Shown: positions 1-9,962 of the stretch, piece by piece | Numbering within the stretch: position 1 is the stretch's first letter | Layout of the letters: each line of letters begins with the position of its first letter | IMG/VR virus record: IMGVR_UViG_3300045988_064749 | Length of the DNA: 45,508 nucleotides | Direction: 5' to 3' (one strand) | Source: a virus | Notes under the pieces: generated by a model | The model's database searches: none | What the model was told of the DNA's origin: nothing | Seen by the model: the letters and a program-made list of their open reading frames with translations, nothing else | Position numbers and translations under genes: made by a program

Positions 1-99
1 ACGCACTTTCCGAGTCTCTAAGGCGGTTGAAAGCCGCTACTGCTCCTGTGAGCAAAGGCGGAGTTGGCCTTGGCGCATTATCGAACTCCCTAAAAAAAT
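1..99. repeat. Terminal direct repeat. It is identical to 45410-45508 and reflects either a circular-assembly overlap or a short terminal redundancy.
   Basis: Reading both ends shows the same 99 nt (acgcactttccgagtctctaagg...ctccctaaaaaaat). Confidence 0.95.
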
Positions 100-3000
100 T
101 CAGCCAAAGCGTTTCTGGATTGACTGGGCTGACCCTTGCTAAAGAGCAGGTGCAGGGTCTTGTGGACGCTCTCAAGCCTTTGGAGAGTGTTCAAAAGTCC
201 GGGTTCAACTCTCTGGCTTCCGGGCTGGATAAGCTCGTAAAAATCGCCCCTCAGATTGACACTGTAACAGAGTCGCTGAGAAAGACAGACCTTGATTCTT
301 TCGCAGACCAGTGTAACCGGGTTGCCACTGCCATTACACCGCTTGCTACGCAGATGGAGAAGGTGGCGGCTGGCTTCTCAGCTTTTCCTGCAAAAATTCA
401 GCGGTTGCTCAAAGGTAATACAAACCTTGCCGCAAGCAATACAGTGCTTGGGAAATCCTATGTGAACCTTGCCGCAAAGATTAGCTTGGCGTACATGGGC
501 ATGAGAAGAATTGCCGGTGTTATCGCAAGCTGGATTACTGACTCGAACAGCTACATCGAAAACCTCAACCTGTTCAATGTGTCTATGGGGCAGTATGCGG
601 AAGAAGCCCGGCAGTATGCGGAAGCGGTTGGGGAAATCATGGGCATTAACCCCGGAGAGTGGATGCGTAATCAGGGTGTCTTCATGACAATCACTGAGGG
701 CTTCGGCGTTGCAAGTGACCGGGCATACACCATGAGTAAGAATCTTACTCAGCTCACCTACGATTTGGCTTCCTTCTTCAATATCAGTACTGCTGACGCT
801 TTCCAAAAGTTAGAGTCTGGTATATCTGGCGAACTTGAGCCGCTTCGCAGACTTGGTTATGACCTGTCTGTAGCTCGTCTGCAACAGGAAGCGTACAACC
901 TCGGTATTGATAAAAGTGTTATGAGCATGACTCAGGCTGAGAAAGCTGAGTTGCGTTACTACGCTATTATGACACAGGTTACGAACGCTCAGGGCGATAT
1001 GGCTCGTACTCTGGAAGCACCTGCGAACCAGCTCCGTATCCTGCAAGCGCAGGTAGAACAGGCTACTCGTGCTTTAGGCAACCTTTTCCTCCCGGTTTTG
1101 AAAGCGATTCTGCCATACGCAATCGCACTGGCGAAAGCAATTCGCATGGTCGCTGAGATTATCGCCGGGTTCTTCGGCGTTTCGATTCCAGAGTTCGACA
1201 TGGGAGCGGACGCAATCGGCGGTGTAGCAAGCGGAGCGGGTGAAGCCGCTGACGGTTTGGGGGACGCTTCTAAAAAGGCGAAAGAACTGAAAAGCGCACT
1301 CCTTGGTATTGATGAACTGAATGTTATCTCCCCTCCTGACGATAGCGCAAGCGGTGGAGCTGGCGGTGCTGGCGGCATTGGTGGCGGCGGTCTTGGCTTT
1401 GACCTCCCAACCTATGACTTTATCGCAGACGCAGTGAACGAACAGGTTGACAAGATCATGGCGAAGATTCAGCCCTTCCTTGATTGGGTAAGGGACAACA
1501 TTGATGAAATCCTCGCCGGTGTGCTTGCCATTGGTGCGGCGTTCCTTGCATGGAAAATCGCCAAGGGTGTTCAAGACTTCTTGAAATGGCTGTCCACCAT
1601 GAAAGGCTTTAACATCGTAGGCAGTATCGGCTTCAAAATTGCGGGGCTGGGGCTGTTCTTGGACGCATGGAACACCATGAAGGAAGCCATTCAAGACATC
1701 ATGGCAAACGGCCCCAATTTCACCAATGTCACCAAGCTAATCAGTGGCTTTGCAGAAGCCCTCGGTGCGGCGTTTCTCCTGTTCGGCAATATCAAGATGG
1801 CTGGGGCAATGCTGGTAATCTCTGGGCTTTCTGGTATCGTTTCCGCTATCAGCGACATGGTGAACAATGGAATAAACTGGGACAATGCGTTGTTCTTGGT
1901 GAAAAATCTTGGCTTGTTCCTGAGCGGTTTGGGTCTGCTGACCGGCAACACCCAACTCGGCGGTATCGGTTTGATTATCGCTGGCGCAACTCTTATTGTG
2001 GACAATCTCAAAGGCTTCATTGAAGCAATCCGCACTGGTGATTGGTCTGGCGTTGACATGATAGAAGTTGTCGCAGGAGCCTTGATGATGGCTGGCGGCT
2101 TCATTCTCACCCTTAAAAAGCTGGACGCTTTGAAAGACAGTGCAAACGCTGGACAGGCGGCACAACAAGCCTTTGATACAGTTACCGACACCACCTCCAA
2201 GCTGGACAACACCATCAACACCGGCTTATCCCCCAAGCTCGTGTCTCTTGCGAAGAACCTTGCTTTGGGGCTTGCGGTTATTGCGGAAGTTTCTGCGGCG
2301 GCACTGCTCATTGTAGGCGCAATCGCACTGATGGGCATGGAGCTGGAACAGGTCGGTATCGCATGGGAGCCTGTTATCGCCAATGGAGAGACTGTAGCAA
2401 CCGCAATCGGTCTTGGTGCGGCTATTTTAGGCGCAGTTGGCTTGGCGGCTTACGCTCTCGGCACTGGCGGTGCGACCATTGCAGTGAACATCGGTATCGG
2501 TACAGCTATCCTGCTGGAACTCGGCGTTGCCGCTGGCCTGTTTATCGCTGAAATTTGGGTGATTGGCAAAGGCTTGGACGAGATCGGACAAGCGTGGGAG
2601 CCTGTGCTGAACAACGGTGAGCGTATTGCTACCGCAATCGGTGTCGGCACTGGTTTACTGGTCGCAATCGGCGTTGTCACGGCGGCTCTTGGTGCGGCTA
2701 CGGTCGCTTCCGCTGGCTTGTTGCCACTGGCAATCGGCCTTGGTACGGCACTGCTCGTGGAGCTTGCGGCGGCGTTTGTCCTCTTTGTAGAGAGCTTGGT
2801 TGCAGTGGCAGACGAGCTGAATTACCGGCTTGACCCTCCGCTAATGGCACTGAATGAAAAGCTCCCCGGTCTTTCCAGCAATATGAGCGATTTTGTGGAC
2901 TTTATGACAGAGTTCGCAGGACAGGTCGTTCGGTACACGGAAGTTTCCGCTATCGCTGGCCTGAGCGCAACGATTGACACGATCATTGACTGGTTCACAC

Positions 3001-4262
3001 AAGACCCGATTGAGAAACTGGCGAACGATGTGGAAAATATCTCCAATCAGACCGCAAACCTTAACGACAAGCTGGAAATCGCCGTTCCTGAGTTGCAGAC
3101 TGCCGCAGACCTGTTGCAGGAATACAAAGACCTCCTCACTCAGATTGAAAATCTGTGTGACAGCAATGTAGAGCTGTCTACGGGTATGTTCGTCAACATG
3201 AAGGAAGTCGGGCAGAGCCTTGTCACCGGATTTGTGGACGGTATTCAGTCGAAGTCCGGGGATTTCAAAAATGCGGCAAGAGACTTGGTAGAGGGGTTCA
3301 AAGCACAGCTCACCAGCAGTGCGGAGACCTGCCGGTCTGTCATGATCGCTTGGGCAAACAATGTAAAGAACTGGTTCACACAGAGTAGTTACGGAGGTAT
3401 CAACCGTACCACTTTCCAGAACTACGCCAAGGATATTGTGTCCGGGTTCGCTTCTGGTATCACCAGTTCCTATAGTAGCTCTAAGTCGAGCGTAACAACA
3501 TGGGCTTCCAATGTGAAGCAGTGGTTCACCGGGGAGGGGTACGGTGCAGTAAACCGTACCACTTTCCAGAACTACGCCAAGGATATTGTCAGCGGGTTTG
3601 GCAGTGGGATTACAACCTCCTACAACAGTTCCAAGTCCAGCATGACTTCTTGGGCGAGCAATGTGAAGTCGTGGTTCAGTGAGATCGCTTCCTACAGTGC
3701 GTTTTACAACATCGGCAAAGATGTGGTGAACGGGTTCAACGCTGGCATAAACGATTTTTACTCTACTACTGCTTCCTATATGCGCAAATGGGCAAATGCG
3801 GCTAAGAACGCATACAAGGCGGCGTTGGATTCCAATTCCCCGTCTAAAGTGTTCATGCGAATTGGTGAAGATACGGTGCTTGGCTACAATCTTGGCATTA
3901 TGAACCTTGGAAGCACCACTAAGAGCGTTGTGGACACTTGGGCAAACTCTTTCACCAGCGTAAGCCCCGTCATGCGTTTTGCGGTGGACACCTCCGCTCT
4001 CAAATACTACACCAGCGATTCTTTCTCCAAGTCGGTGTCCGCTGATGTGACAAGTAGCCGTAATTTCTCCGTTACCGGCTTCAAAGAGGGCATGGAGGAA
4101 TTTTACAGGGAGTATATCGAACCTACGCTGTCTCAGATGGCAGACGATATGCGCCGACAGGCTGACAAAAACGAACAAACCATTGTACAGATCGGAAACC
4201 GTACTGTCACTGACGCTGTAACCACTCAGCGCAAGGCCAATGGTTATGTGTTCGTGAAGTAA
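1..4262 (+). CDS. Tape measure protein. This is the main part; the gene starts at ATG 45340 and wraps across the window junction.
   Basis: The ORF is over 1400 aa and stays in phase with 45340 once the 99-nt overlap is collapsed. It lies directly downstream of the G/GT chaperone pair. The centre has long Gly/Ala/Leu-rich hydrophobic stretches and the C-terminus has 50-aa repeats. Confidence 0.9.
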   Translation, partial: ALSESLRRLKAATAPVSKGGVGLGALSNSLKKFSQSVSGLTGLTLAKEQVQGLVDALKPLESVQKSGFNSLASGLDKLVKIAPQIDTVTESLRKTDLDSFADQCNRVATAITPLATQMEKVAAGFSAFPAKIQRLLKGNTNLAASNTVLGKSYVNLAAKISLAYMGMRRIAGVIASWITDSNSYIENLNLFNVSMGQYAEEARQYAEAVGEIMGINPGEWMRNQGVFMTITEGFGVASDRAYTMSKNLTQLTYDLASFFNISTADAFQKLESGISGELEPLRRLGYDLSVARLQQEAYNLGIDKSVMSMTQAEKAELRYYAIMTQVTNAQGDMARTLEAPANQLRILQAQVEQATRALGNLFLPVLKAILPYAIALAKAIRMVAEIIAGFFGVSIPEFDMGADAIGGVASGAGEAADGLGDASKKAKELKSALLGIDELNVISPPDDSASGGAGGAGGIGGGGLGFDLPTYDFIADAVNEQVDKIMAKIQPFLDWVRDNIDEILAGVLAIGAAFLAWKIAKGVQDFLKWLSTMKGFNIVGSIGFKIAGLGLFLDAWNTMKEAIQDIMANGPNFTNVTKLISGFAEALGAAFLLFGNIKMAGAMLVISGLSGIVSAISDMVNNGINWDNALFLVKNLGLFLSGLGLLTGNTQLGGIGLIIAGATLIVDNLKGFIEAIRTGDWSGVDMIEVVAGALMMAGGFILTLKKLDALKDSANAGQAAQQAFDTVTDTTSKLDNTINTGLSPKLVSLAKNLALGLAVIAEVSAAALLIVGAIALMGMELEQVGIAWEPVIANGETVATAIGLGAAILGAVGLAAYALGTGGATIAVNIGIGTAILLELGVAAGLFIAEIWVIGKGLDEIGQAWEPVLNNGERIATAIGVGTGLLVAIGVVTAALGAATVASAGLLPLAIGLGTALLVELAAAFVLFVESLVAVADELNYRLDPPLMALNEKLPGLSSNMSDFVDFMTEFAGQVVRYTEVSAIAGLSATIDTIIDWFTQDPIEKLANDVENISNQTANLNDKLEIAVPELQTAADLLQEYKDLLTQIENLCDSNVELSTGMFVNMKEVGQSLVTGFVDGIQSKSGDFKNAARDLVEGFKAQLTSSAETCRSVMIAWANNVKNWFTQSSYGGINRTTFQNYAKDIVSGFASGITSSYSSSKSSVTTWASNVKQWFTGEGYGAVNRTTFQNYAKDIVSGFGSGITTSYNSSKSSMTSWASNVKSWFSEIASYSAFYNIGKDVVNGFNAGINDFYSTTASYMRKWANAAKNAYKAALDSNSPSKVFMRIGEDTVLGYNLGIMNLGSTTKSVVDTWANSFTSVSPVMRFAVDTSALKYYTSDSFSKSVSADVTSSRNFSVTGFKEGMEEFYREYIEPTLSQMADDMRRQADKNEQTIVQIGNRTVTDAVTTQRKANGYVFVK
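3351..4080 (+). repeat. About five tandem 150-nt (50-aa) repeats inside the tape measure gene.
   Basis: Units begin with Trp-Ala codons at 3351, 3501, 3651, 3789 and 3939. A 38-nt core is identical at 3402-3439 and 3552-3589 (NRTTFQNYAKDIV). Confidence 0.8.
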
Positions 4263-4275
4263 GGAGGTGCGGGAT

Positions 4276-4647
4276 ATGTCCTATATCGCAATCAACGGCT
4301 ATGAATTGCCCCCTCCCAAACGAGGGGTACACCCCATAGTAACGACTGTAGTAGACGCTGGCAGAAATGCCAACGGCTCTGTTGTGGGTCAGCGTGTAGG
4401 TCGAGACCAGTACAAGATTGACGGTCTTGAATGGCCTTGGCTCACCGCTGAACAGTGGGGGCAGATTCTCAACGCTCTCAGCAATTTCTTTGTCTATGTA
4501 ACATTTGTAGACCCTGTTACCAATTCCCGGAAGACCATTAAAATGTACCCCGGCGATAGGACGGGAGAACCCTATTGGGCAGACAGTAGCGGTAAACCGA
4601 CACACTACAGGAATTGCAAGGTGAATCTGGTGGACTGCGGCGAGTAA
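4276..4647 (+). CDS. Tail-tip module protein of unrecognised function.
   Basis: The ATG lies 8 nt after GGAGG (4263-4267). The gene sits immediately after the tape measure gene. Confidence 0.6.
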   Translation: MSYIAINGYELPPPKRGVHPIVTTVVDAGRNANGSVVGQRVGRDQYKIDGLEWPWLTAEQWGQILNALSNFFVYVTFVDPVTNSRKTIKMYPGDRTGEPYWADSSGKPTHYRNCKVNLVDCGE

Positions 4648-4658
4648 GGAGGGATTTT

Positions 4659-6908
4659 ATGCAAAAGGTTTCAAAAGCATACAAAGAAAGCATGAAATCC
4701 TCTCTCCGGGAGAGGGCATACATCATGCTCTCTTTCGGCCTTATTAACCAAGAAGCCCAAGCGAAAGCCACTGTTGAGGACGGGGATTTTGCGTATTACG
4801 CAAACGCCAAAAATGTCCTCGGTGAAAAAAGTGACGATACGGTTTACGCCACGCTTGAGGAAAATTTTACACGGGTAGACGGGTCAATGTTCTTCCTACC
4901 ACGGGAGAACCAGTCTGGCACTTACCTTGACACCGGGATTATCAGCGATAAGCTACTGACCGAAGCGACCTTCGAGCTGACGATCAACCTCAACATTGTA
5001 GCAACCGATTTTAAGGGTATCACCATCAATTTCGGGGAGAACTACCCTGTTGATTTCGACATGGTGAGCAGTAGCGGACAGGTTATTGAGTTCCGGGGCA
5101 ACGACCAAGCGGTGTTCTCCACTGAGGAAGTGTTGACCGACACCACGCAGGTGAAACTTGTGTTCTACACCATGAAAAACCCGAAAAGCCGGGTGCGTAT
5201 CTACTCTATCCGTTTTGGCTACGGCTTGGTGTACTACAACCAAGATGTTATGAGTTCGTCCCTTGAGAGCTATGTGTCTCCCATCGGGGCAGATGTGCCG
5301 CAGATTGATTTCTCGGTACAGCTCAAAAACTACGACCATTATTTCAATGTTGACAACCCTAAATCCGCAATCAACTTCCTTGAGACCGGGCAGGAAATGG
5401 AAATCTATTATGGTTATCAGCTCCCGGAAACAGGGGAAATTGAGTGGGTTCGAGGGAACCGGCTGTTGTGCTCGGAGTGGGAATCGGACGATTATACCGC
5501 TACGATTCGCTGTCAGGATATTTTCAGAAATATGGATTCTGAATACTACAAGGGAATGTACAACAGTGCGGGGGTGAGCTATTACGAACTGACGGAAAAA
5601 GTTCTGCAAGACGCTGGGCTGACGGATTATTATATCGACCCTCAGCTTAAAACGCTTTTTACGAAAAACCCTATACCGAGGGTACAGCACAAAGAAGCGT
5701 TGCAGATTATTGCCAACGCTTGCAGGTGCGTCCTCACACAGACAAGATTCGGAACTATCCAGATCAAGTCCAATTTCGTCCCGGAAGCGAGCGCAAGCGC
5801 AAAGACACAGGCTGTGTACTCCAATGCGGATAAAATTCTGGACGATACTGTCAAGGACGAATATGCTTCGCTGAACACAAATTACACCACAGCGGACGGG
5901 AAAATGTTCTTCCTCCCCCGTGACCTCAGCGGAAAGAGCTTCAACACAGGTTTCGTCTCTGCGGAGCTTTCCGATGAAAACGGGCTGTTTACAAACAACC
6001 CTGTGGTTACGATTGAGCAGGAAGTGGCCTGTATGTATTATGGTGCAAAGTTTGTGTTCGGTAATACCTTACCTGCGGCGTTCACTATCCGCACTTTCAA
6101 CGACAGTCAGCTTGTGACGGAGTATGAAGTAGGAGCGGACGAAATCGAACGGGTTACGATACTCCACATCGACCTTGACGATTTCGACACCATGGAGATT
6201 GAGTTCACCAAAACCGCAGAGCCGTATAACCGCATTGTACTGAACAATTTCAGCTTTGGCGATATTACGGATTTTACCATGACCCGGACAGACATGACTT
6301 CTTCCCCGAAAGCCATCAAGCAGGAGCTTATTAAGGAAGTGATCGTCCCCTGCTACAGCTATCAGAACGGCACACAGGAAGATAATCTTGTGGGTGAAGA
6401 TGTGGAGGTCACTGCCGGTGATGTGGAAACTTTCTTTATCGGGGAACCCTCGTATGGATTCCGGGCAGTGCTGGAAGACACGGACGGAGGGGTCACGATT
6501 GAAGATTGGGGTAACTACTATATTACGGTGAAGTTCAGCGTGACGGGCAAATATCGTTTGGAAATTTACGGCTATCGGTACAAGATCGTAGAGCGGTACG
6601 CAGTCAAGACCCTCAACAACCGGGGGAAGACCATCAAATGGGAAAACCCGATGATGTCCGACATGGGCATGGCGAACGACCTCGCTGAGTGGCTTGGCGA
6701 TTACTACGCTTCTGGTATCGAATATGAGTACGACACGAGAGGAAACCCGGAAATTGATGTGAACGACATTGTGTATCAGGAGAACGAGTTCCACAAGGAC
6801 ATGAAAGTGAACATCTACCGTCAGACACTTAACTTCAATCAAAGTTTTTCGGGCAAGGTAACTGCCCGGAGAGTAGGAGGTGCGAAATATGGCTTGGCAA
6901 ACCCCTAA
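4659..6908 (+). CDS. Large tail-tip/baseplate structural protein with an internal domain duplication.
   Basis: AAGGAGGG RBS precedes ATG 4659. The protein is 749 aa. The motif Y-A-x-L-x-x-N-(F/Y)-T-x-x-D-G-x-M-F-F-L-P-R occurs twice (nt ~4858 and ~5875). Its position in the tail module supports the call. Confidence 0.65.
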   Translation: MQKVSKAYKESMKSSLRERAYIMLSFGLINQEAQAKATVEDGDFAYYANAKNVLGEKSDDTVYATLEENFTRVDGSMFFLPRENQSGTYLDTGIISDKLLTEATFELTINLNIVATDFKGITINFGENYPVDFDMVSSSGQVIEFRGNDQAVFSTEEVLTDTTQVKLVFYTMKNPKSRVRIYSIRFGYGLVYYNQDVMSSSLESYVSPIGADVPQIDFSVQLKNYDHYFNVDNPKSAINFLETGQEMEIYYGYQLPETGEIEWVRGNRLLCSEWESDDYTATIRCQDIFRNMDSEYYKGMYNSAGVSYYELTEKVLQDAGLTDYYIDPQLKTLFTKNPIPRVQHKEALQIIANACRCVLTQTRFGTIQIKSNFVPEASASAKTQAVYSNADKILDDTVKDEYASLNTNYTTADGKMFFLPRDLSGKSFNTGFVSAELSDENGLFTNNPVVTIEQEVACMYYGAKFVFGNTLPAAFTIRTFNDSQLVTEYEVGADEIERVTILHIDLDDFDTMEIEFTKTAEPYNRIVLNNFSFGDITDFTMTRTDMTSSPKAIKQELIKEVIVPCYSYQNGTQEDNLVGEDVEVTAGDVETFFIGEPSYGFRAVLEDTDGGVTIEDWGNYYITVKFSVTGKYRLEIYGYRYKIVERYAVKTLNNRGKTIKWENPMMSDMGMANDLAEWLGDYYASGIEYEYDTRGNPEIDVNDIVYQENEFHKDMKVNIYRQTLNFNQSFSGKVTARRVGGAKYGLANP

Positions 6909-7320
6909 AACTGATTGGTACGGGGCTACTGATTCTGATGGGAATTACACAGGGGACAGGTTTAACGCAACCGATTTTAACCGTATTAAGAACAATCTTT
7001 CTTACCTACGGGATTTGGCAAGCCGCCTTTATGACGAGTTCTCCATCGTTTCTCTCGGAGAAGACCGCACCCCTGCGGACTACTTCTATGCTGACGAAAT
7101 CAATCAGCTTGAGGAAAATCTGAAAACAGTGAACAACGGCTCCCTAAACAGGGATTACGGAAACCCGCCGACCTATGTTGACAACGGAAATGTGATGGAT
7201 TTCTACGAACTCAACCGGCTGGAAGGAGCAATCCTTGATCTCTATGACAGGCTTACCAATGAGTTTGAGGGCAGACGAATGTTCACTTGGAGCTTTGGGA
7301 CGAAAGGAGGAGAACTGTAA
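6889..7320 (+). CDS. Tail-fibre-associated protein.
   Basis: GGAGG RBS. The MAWQTPKTDW N-terminus resembles those of the next two genes (MAWELLP, MSWAEAKW). The gene lies in the fibre module. Confidence 0.55.
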   Translation: MAWQTPKTDWYGATDSDGNYTGDRFNATDFNRIKNNLSYLRDLASRLYDEFSIVSLGEDRTPADYFYADEINQLEENLKTVNNGSLNRDYGNPPTYVDNGNVMDFYELNRLEGAILDLYDRLTNEFEGRRMFTWSFGTKGGEL

Positions 7321-8015
7321 TGGCATGGGAGCTTTTACCTGTCAATTACACTGACGCAACTTGGAGCGGATTGAAAAAATACACCGAAGTCCAAAACAGT
7401 GACGGGACTGTCTCATTTCAAGATGTGACAGTGTACAGCAATAAGGAAAATTCGTTTTTTGGCGCAAAAGAAGCCAACCGCATGAATGAAGCCTTGAACA
7501 CCCTCATGTCGATGGTGGAGAACGGCACTGACCTCTATACGGCTTTTCAGAACTATTTCACCACACAGAAAGGTTTGTTTGAGGACACCGCAGACGCTAC
7601 ACAGGAGGATTTCACCGCCTATGTAGAGGGGCTGGAAGCTCAGGGTGACAGCATTATCCAGACAATCAAGACGGACTACAGCAAGGAGATCGCCGATTTT
7701 GAAACTCAGCAGGAACAGCTATTCAACACTTGGTTTGAGTTTGTGAAAAACCAGCTTGGTGAAGATGTGGCGGGAAACCTGCAAAACCAGATTGATTCAC
7801 TCGATGTAAAAACCGATGGATTTGACCCTCGAAAAACCGTTTTTTCCGCAGACGGGCAGACCATCACCGAGACTTACGGCAATAAAAAGATCGAGACTAA
7901 CTTCGTTTCGGCAGACAAGATTGTCCAAAAGCTGTATGAGGGCGAATTGCTGACCCTGACGAAGACGATCACCTTTAGCGGTGACGGTCTGACAATTAAC
8001 GAGGAGGTAAAGTAA
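7320..8015 (+). CDS. Tail-fibre-associated protein.
   Basis: TAATG start/stop overlap with the upstream gene. The gene lies in the fibre module. No named domain was recognised. Confidence 0.55.
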   Translation: MAWELLPVNYTDATWSGLKKYTEVQNSDGTVSFQDVTVYSNKENSFFGAKEANRMNEALNTLMSMVENGTDLYTAFQNYFTTQKGLFEDTADATQEDFTAYVEGLEAQGDSIIQTIKTDYSKEIADFETQQEQLFNTWFEFVKNQLGEDVAGNLQNQIDSLDVKTDGFDPRKTVFSADGQTITETYGNKKIETNFVSADKIVQKLYEGELLTLTKTITFSGDGLTINEEVK

Positions 8016-9956
8016 ATGAGTTGGGCAGAAGCAAAATGGACTGTAGACCAGATTTTGCAGAAAGTTGGGCAAGCCCCTAACAATATGAGGGCGTTCACCG
8101 CTTATGCGAAATCCAAAACCAGTGTGGGTCTGAAATTTCTGGAACCCGCAGACAGCTATGACAGCACAGGGAACCTGCTCTGTTCTGTCGGCGGCGTAAT
8201 GATTCGCATGGGCGAGGAAAGCTATCCCACCAAGCCTACCGAGGGTACGCTGGTTGTCGACAATAAAGACCTCGGCAAATACGAAAACGAGGAATATGTT
8301 GTGAGCAGTCTCACAGAGGGGACAACCTATTATTTCTCCGCTTTTCCGTATTCCACGCAAGGCGTGTATAACCTGTCGAGCAATGAGAACAACCGTGCGA
8401 ACGCAACTCCCGCCAACGGTGAGACCGCCAATGTCACCATTACCATTGACGATGACAGCGCATTTACCAGTGTCCTTATCACCTGCGTAGACGAAACGGA
8501 CGGGCAGTACACCAAGACCGCAACCCTCACTAAAACTCAGAAAACAACCTCCTTTAATATCCCTATCGGGCATACCTACCACATCGAGTACGGAGCGGAG
8601 GACGGTTATTCCAAGCCTGAGAACACCAGCCCGAAGGTGTCTGTTGCAGGTGCGGTATCGAACTATGAAGCAACCTATCACCACTTCACCGCCACTATCA
8701 ATGTGACTTACCCTGCCGGGGCAACGCTGACCTGCTCTCTGGACGAGACAACCTACACGGCTACGACCACGACTGGCACTTACCAGTTCCAAGTCCACAA
8801 GGTAGGCACATGGACGGTAAAGGCCGTAAGCGGCGGCGAGACCGCTTCCGAGCAGGTTATTATCACCTCTGACGGGCAGACCGAGAGCGTAGAGCTGTCG
8901 TTCGTGAAAATCTACGGTATCAGCCGTGATGTCACCACTTCTTCCCCCGCATGGGCGAGAACTGATAACGCTGTCGGCATGACCGCCACCGCTTCTGTAG
9001 GGGCAAGCGCAGGCCACAGCGATTTTGACAACGCTATGCCTTGGAAAGGTATGGTACGGGAGACCTTATCCACCAACGATGTGATGGTTAAAATCCCGAA
9101 GTTCTATTATCGCCGCTACAAGGAAGGGAATGTGGAACACATTCAGATTGCGGACAAGCCTACTGCCGGGTTCTCCGTACACCCCCTGTTCAATCATGCG
9201 GGGCAGGAGAGCGAGTACGCCTATGTGGGTGCGTATAAGACTTCCAGCAATAACAAGTCTGTCACTGGGGCGAGTCCGCAGGTATCGCAGACGAGAACGC
9301 AGTTCCGCAGTAACGCCAAGGCAAAGGGAGCGGGTTGGAGCCTGATTGATATTGCGGCGGTATCTGCTATCCAAATGCTCATGCTGGTGGAGTTCGCAGA
9401 CAACAATGTGCAAAACAAAATCGGCAGAGGATATTGTGACGGTAACAGCGGCTCTCTGAGAACTGGTTCCTGCGATTCCGTACCGAATCTCACCGGCAGA
9501 CCTTCTGGCACGGACGGTAAGACTGGCGTTGTCTACAGAGGTATTGAGGACTTCTGGGGCAATGTGTGGGAATGGGTAGACGGTGTGAACTGGAACAACG
9601 GCACTTACTATGTGTGCAATGACCCGTCCAAGTATGCCGATGATACTACAAGTTACTACGACCAGCTCTCATTCAAGGGAAGTACGAGTTGGGGTAGTTC
9701 TTATATCACAGAAGAAGGTCTTGACACAAGCGCATTGAGAAACACTCATGTCATGCTCCCCGCCACGGCTGGTAGCGGCAGTGAGTCCACCTATTACTGT
9801 GACGCTTGTTGGAGTAGCACAGGTTGGCGAGTGTTCCAGCGCGGCGGTATTTGGAATAATGGGTCGGAATGCGGTCTGTTTGCGGCTTTTTTGTCCTACA
9901 CTTCGTCTTATTCCAGCGCGACCCTTGGCTCTCGCCTGCTTTATATCCCCTCCTGA
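8016..9956 (+). CDS. DGR target: tail-fibre/receptor-binding protein with a C-terminal variable domain (C-type-lectin/FGE-sulfatase-like fold).
   Basis: The C-terminal region reads ...GIEDFWGNVWEWVDG...GG(I)WNNGSECG..., ending in the VR 14 nt before the stop. It is the last gene of the tail module. TR and RT lie immediately downstream. Confidence 0.85.
   Translation: MSWAEAKWTVDQILQKVGQAPNNMRAFTAYAKSKTSVGLKFLEPADSYDSTGNLLCSVGGVMIRMGEESYPTKPTEGTLVVDNKDLGKYENEEYVVSSLTEGTTYYFSAFPYSTQGVYNLSSNENNRANATPANGETANVTITIDDDSAFTSVLITCVDETDGQYTKTATLTKTQKTTSFNIPIGHTYHIEYGAEDGYSKPENTSPKVSVAGAVSNYEATYHHFTATINVTYPAGATLTCSLDETTYTATTTTGTYQFQVHKVGTWTVKAVSGGETASEQVIITSDGQTESVELSFVKIYGISRDVTTSSPAWARTDNAVGMTATASVGASAGHSDFDNAMPWKGMVRETLSTNDVMVKIPKFYYRRYKEGNVEHIQIADKPTAGFSVHPLFNHAGQESEYAYVGAYKTSSNNKSVTGASPQVSQTRTQFRSNAKAKGAGWSLIDIAAVSAIQMLMLVEFADNNVQNKIGRGYCDGNSGSLRTGSCDSVPNLTGRPSGTDGKTGVVYRGIEDFWGNVWEWVDGVNWNNGTYYVCNDPSKYADDTTSYYDQLSFKGSTSWGSSYITEEGLDTSALRNTHVMLPATAGSGSESTYYCDACWSSTGWRVFQRGGIWNNGSECGLFAAFLSYTSSYSSATLGSRLLYIPS
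9823..9942 (+). repeat. DGR variable repeat (VR).
   Basis: It aligns to 10037-10156 at a constant +214 offset. In the core 9857-9942 all 9 differences fall at TR adenines. Confidence 0.9.
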
Positions 9957-9962
9957 GGGGGT

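Noticed and set aside
2841-4178. Long antisense ORFs opposite strong + strand genes. The minus-strand examples are 2841-4178, 7797-9017, 12602-13600, 23201-24019, 38010-39128, 39195-40202, 41504-42688 and 43588-44574.
   Set aside because: Each lies entirely within a + strand gene that has a good RBS, operon packing and recognisable motifs. The antisense translations are low-complexity, rich in Arg, Ser and Cys, and lack RBSs. They are shadow ORFs.
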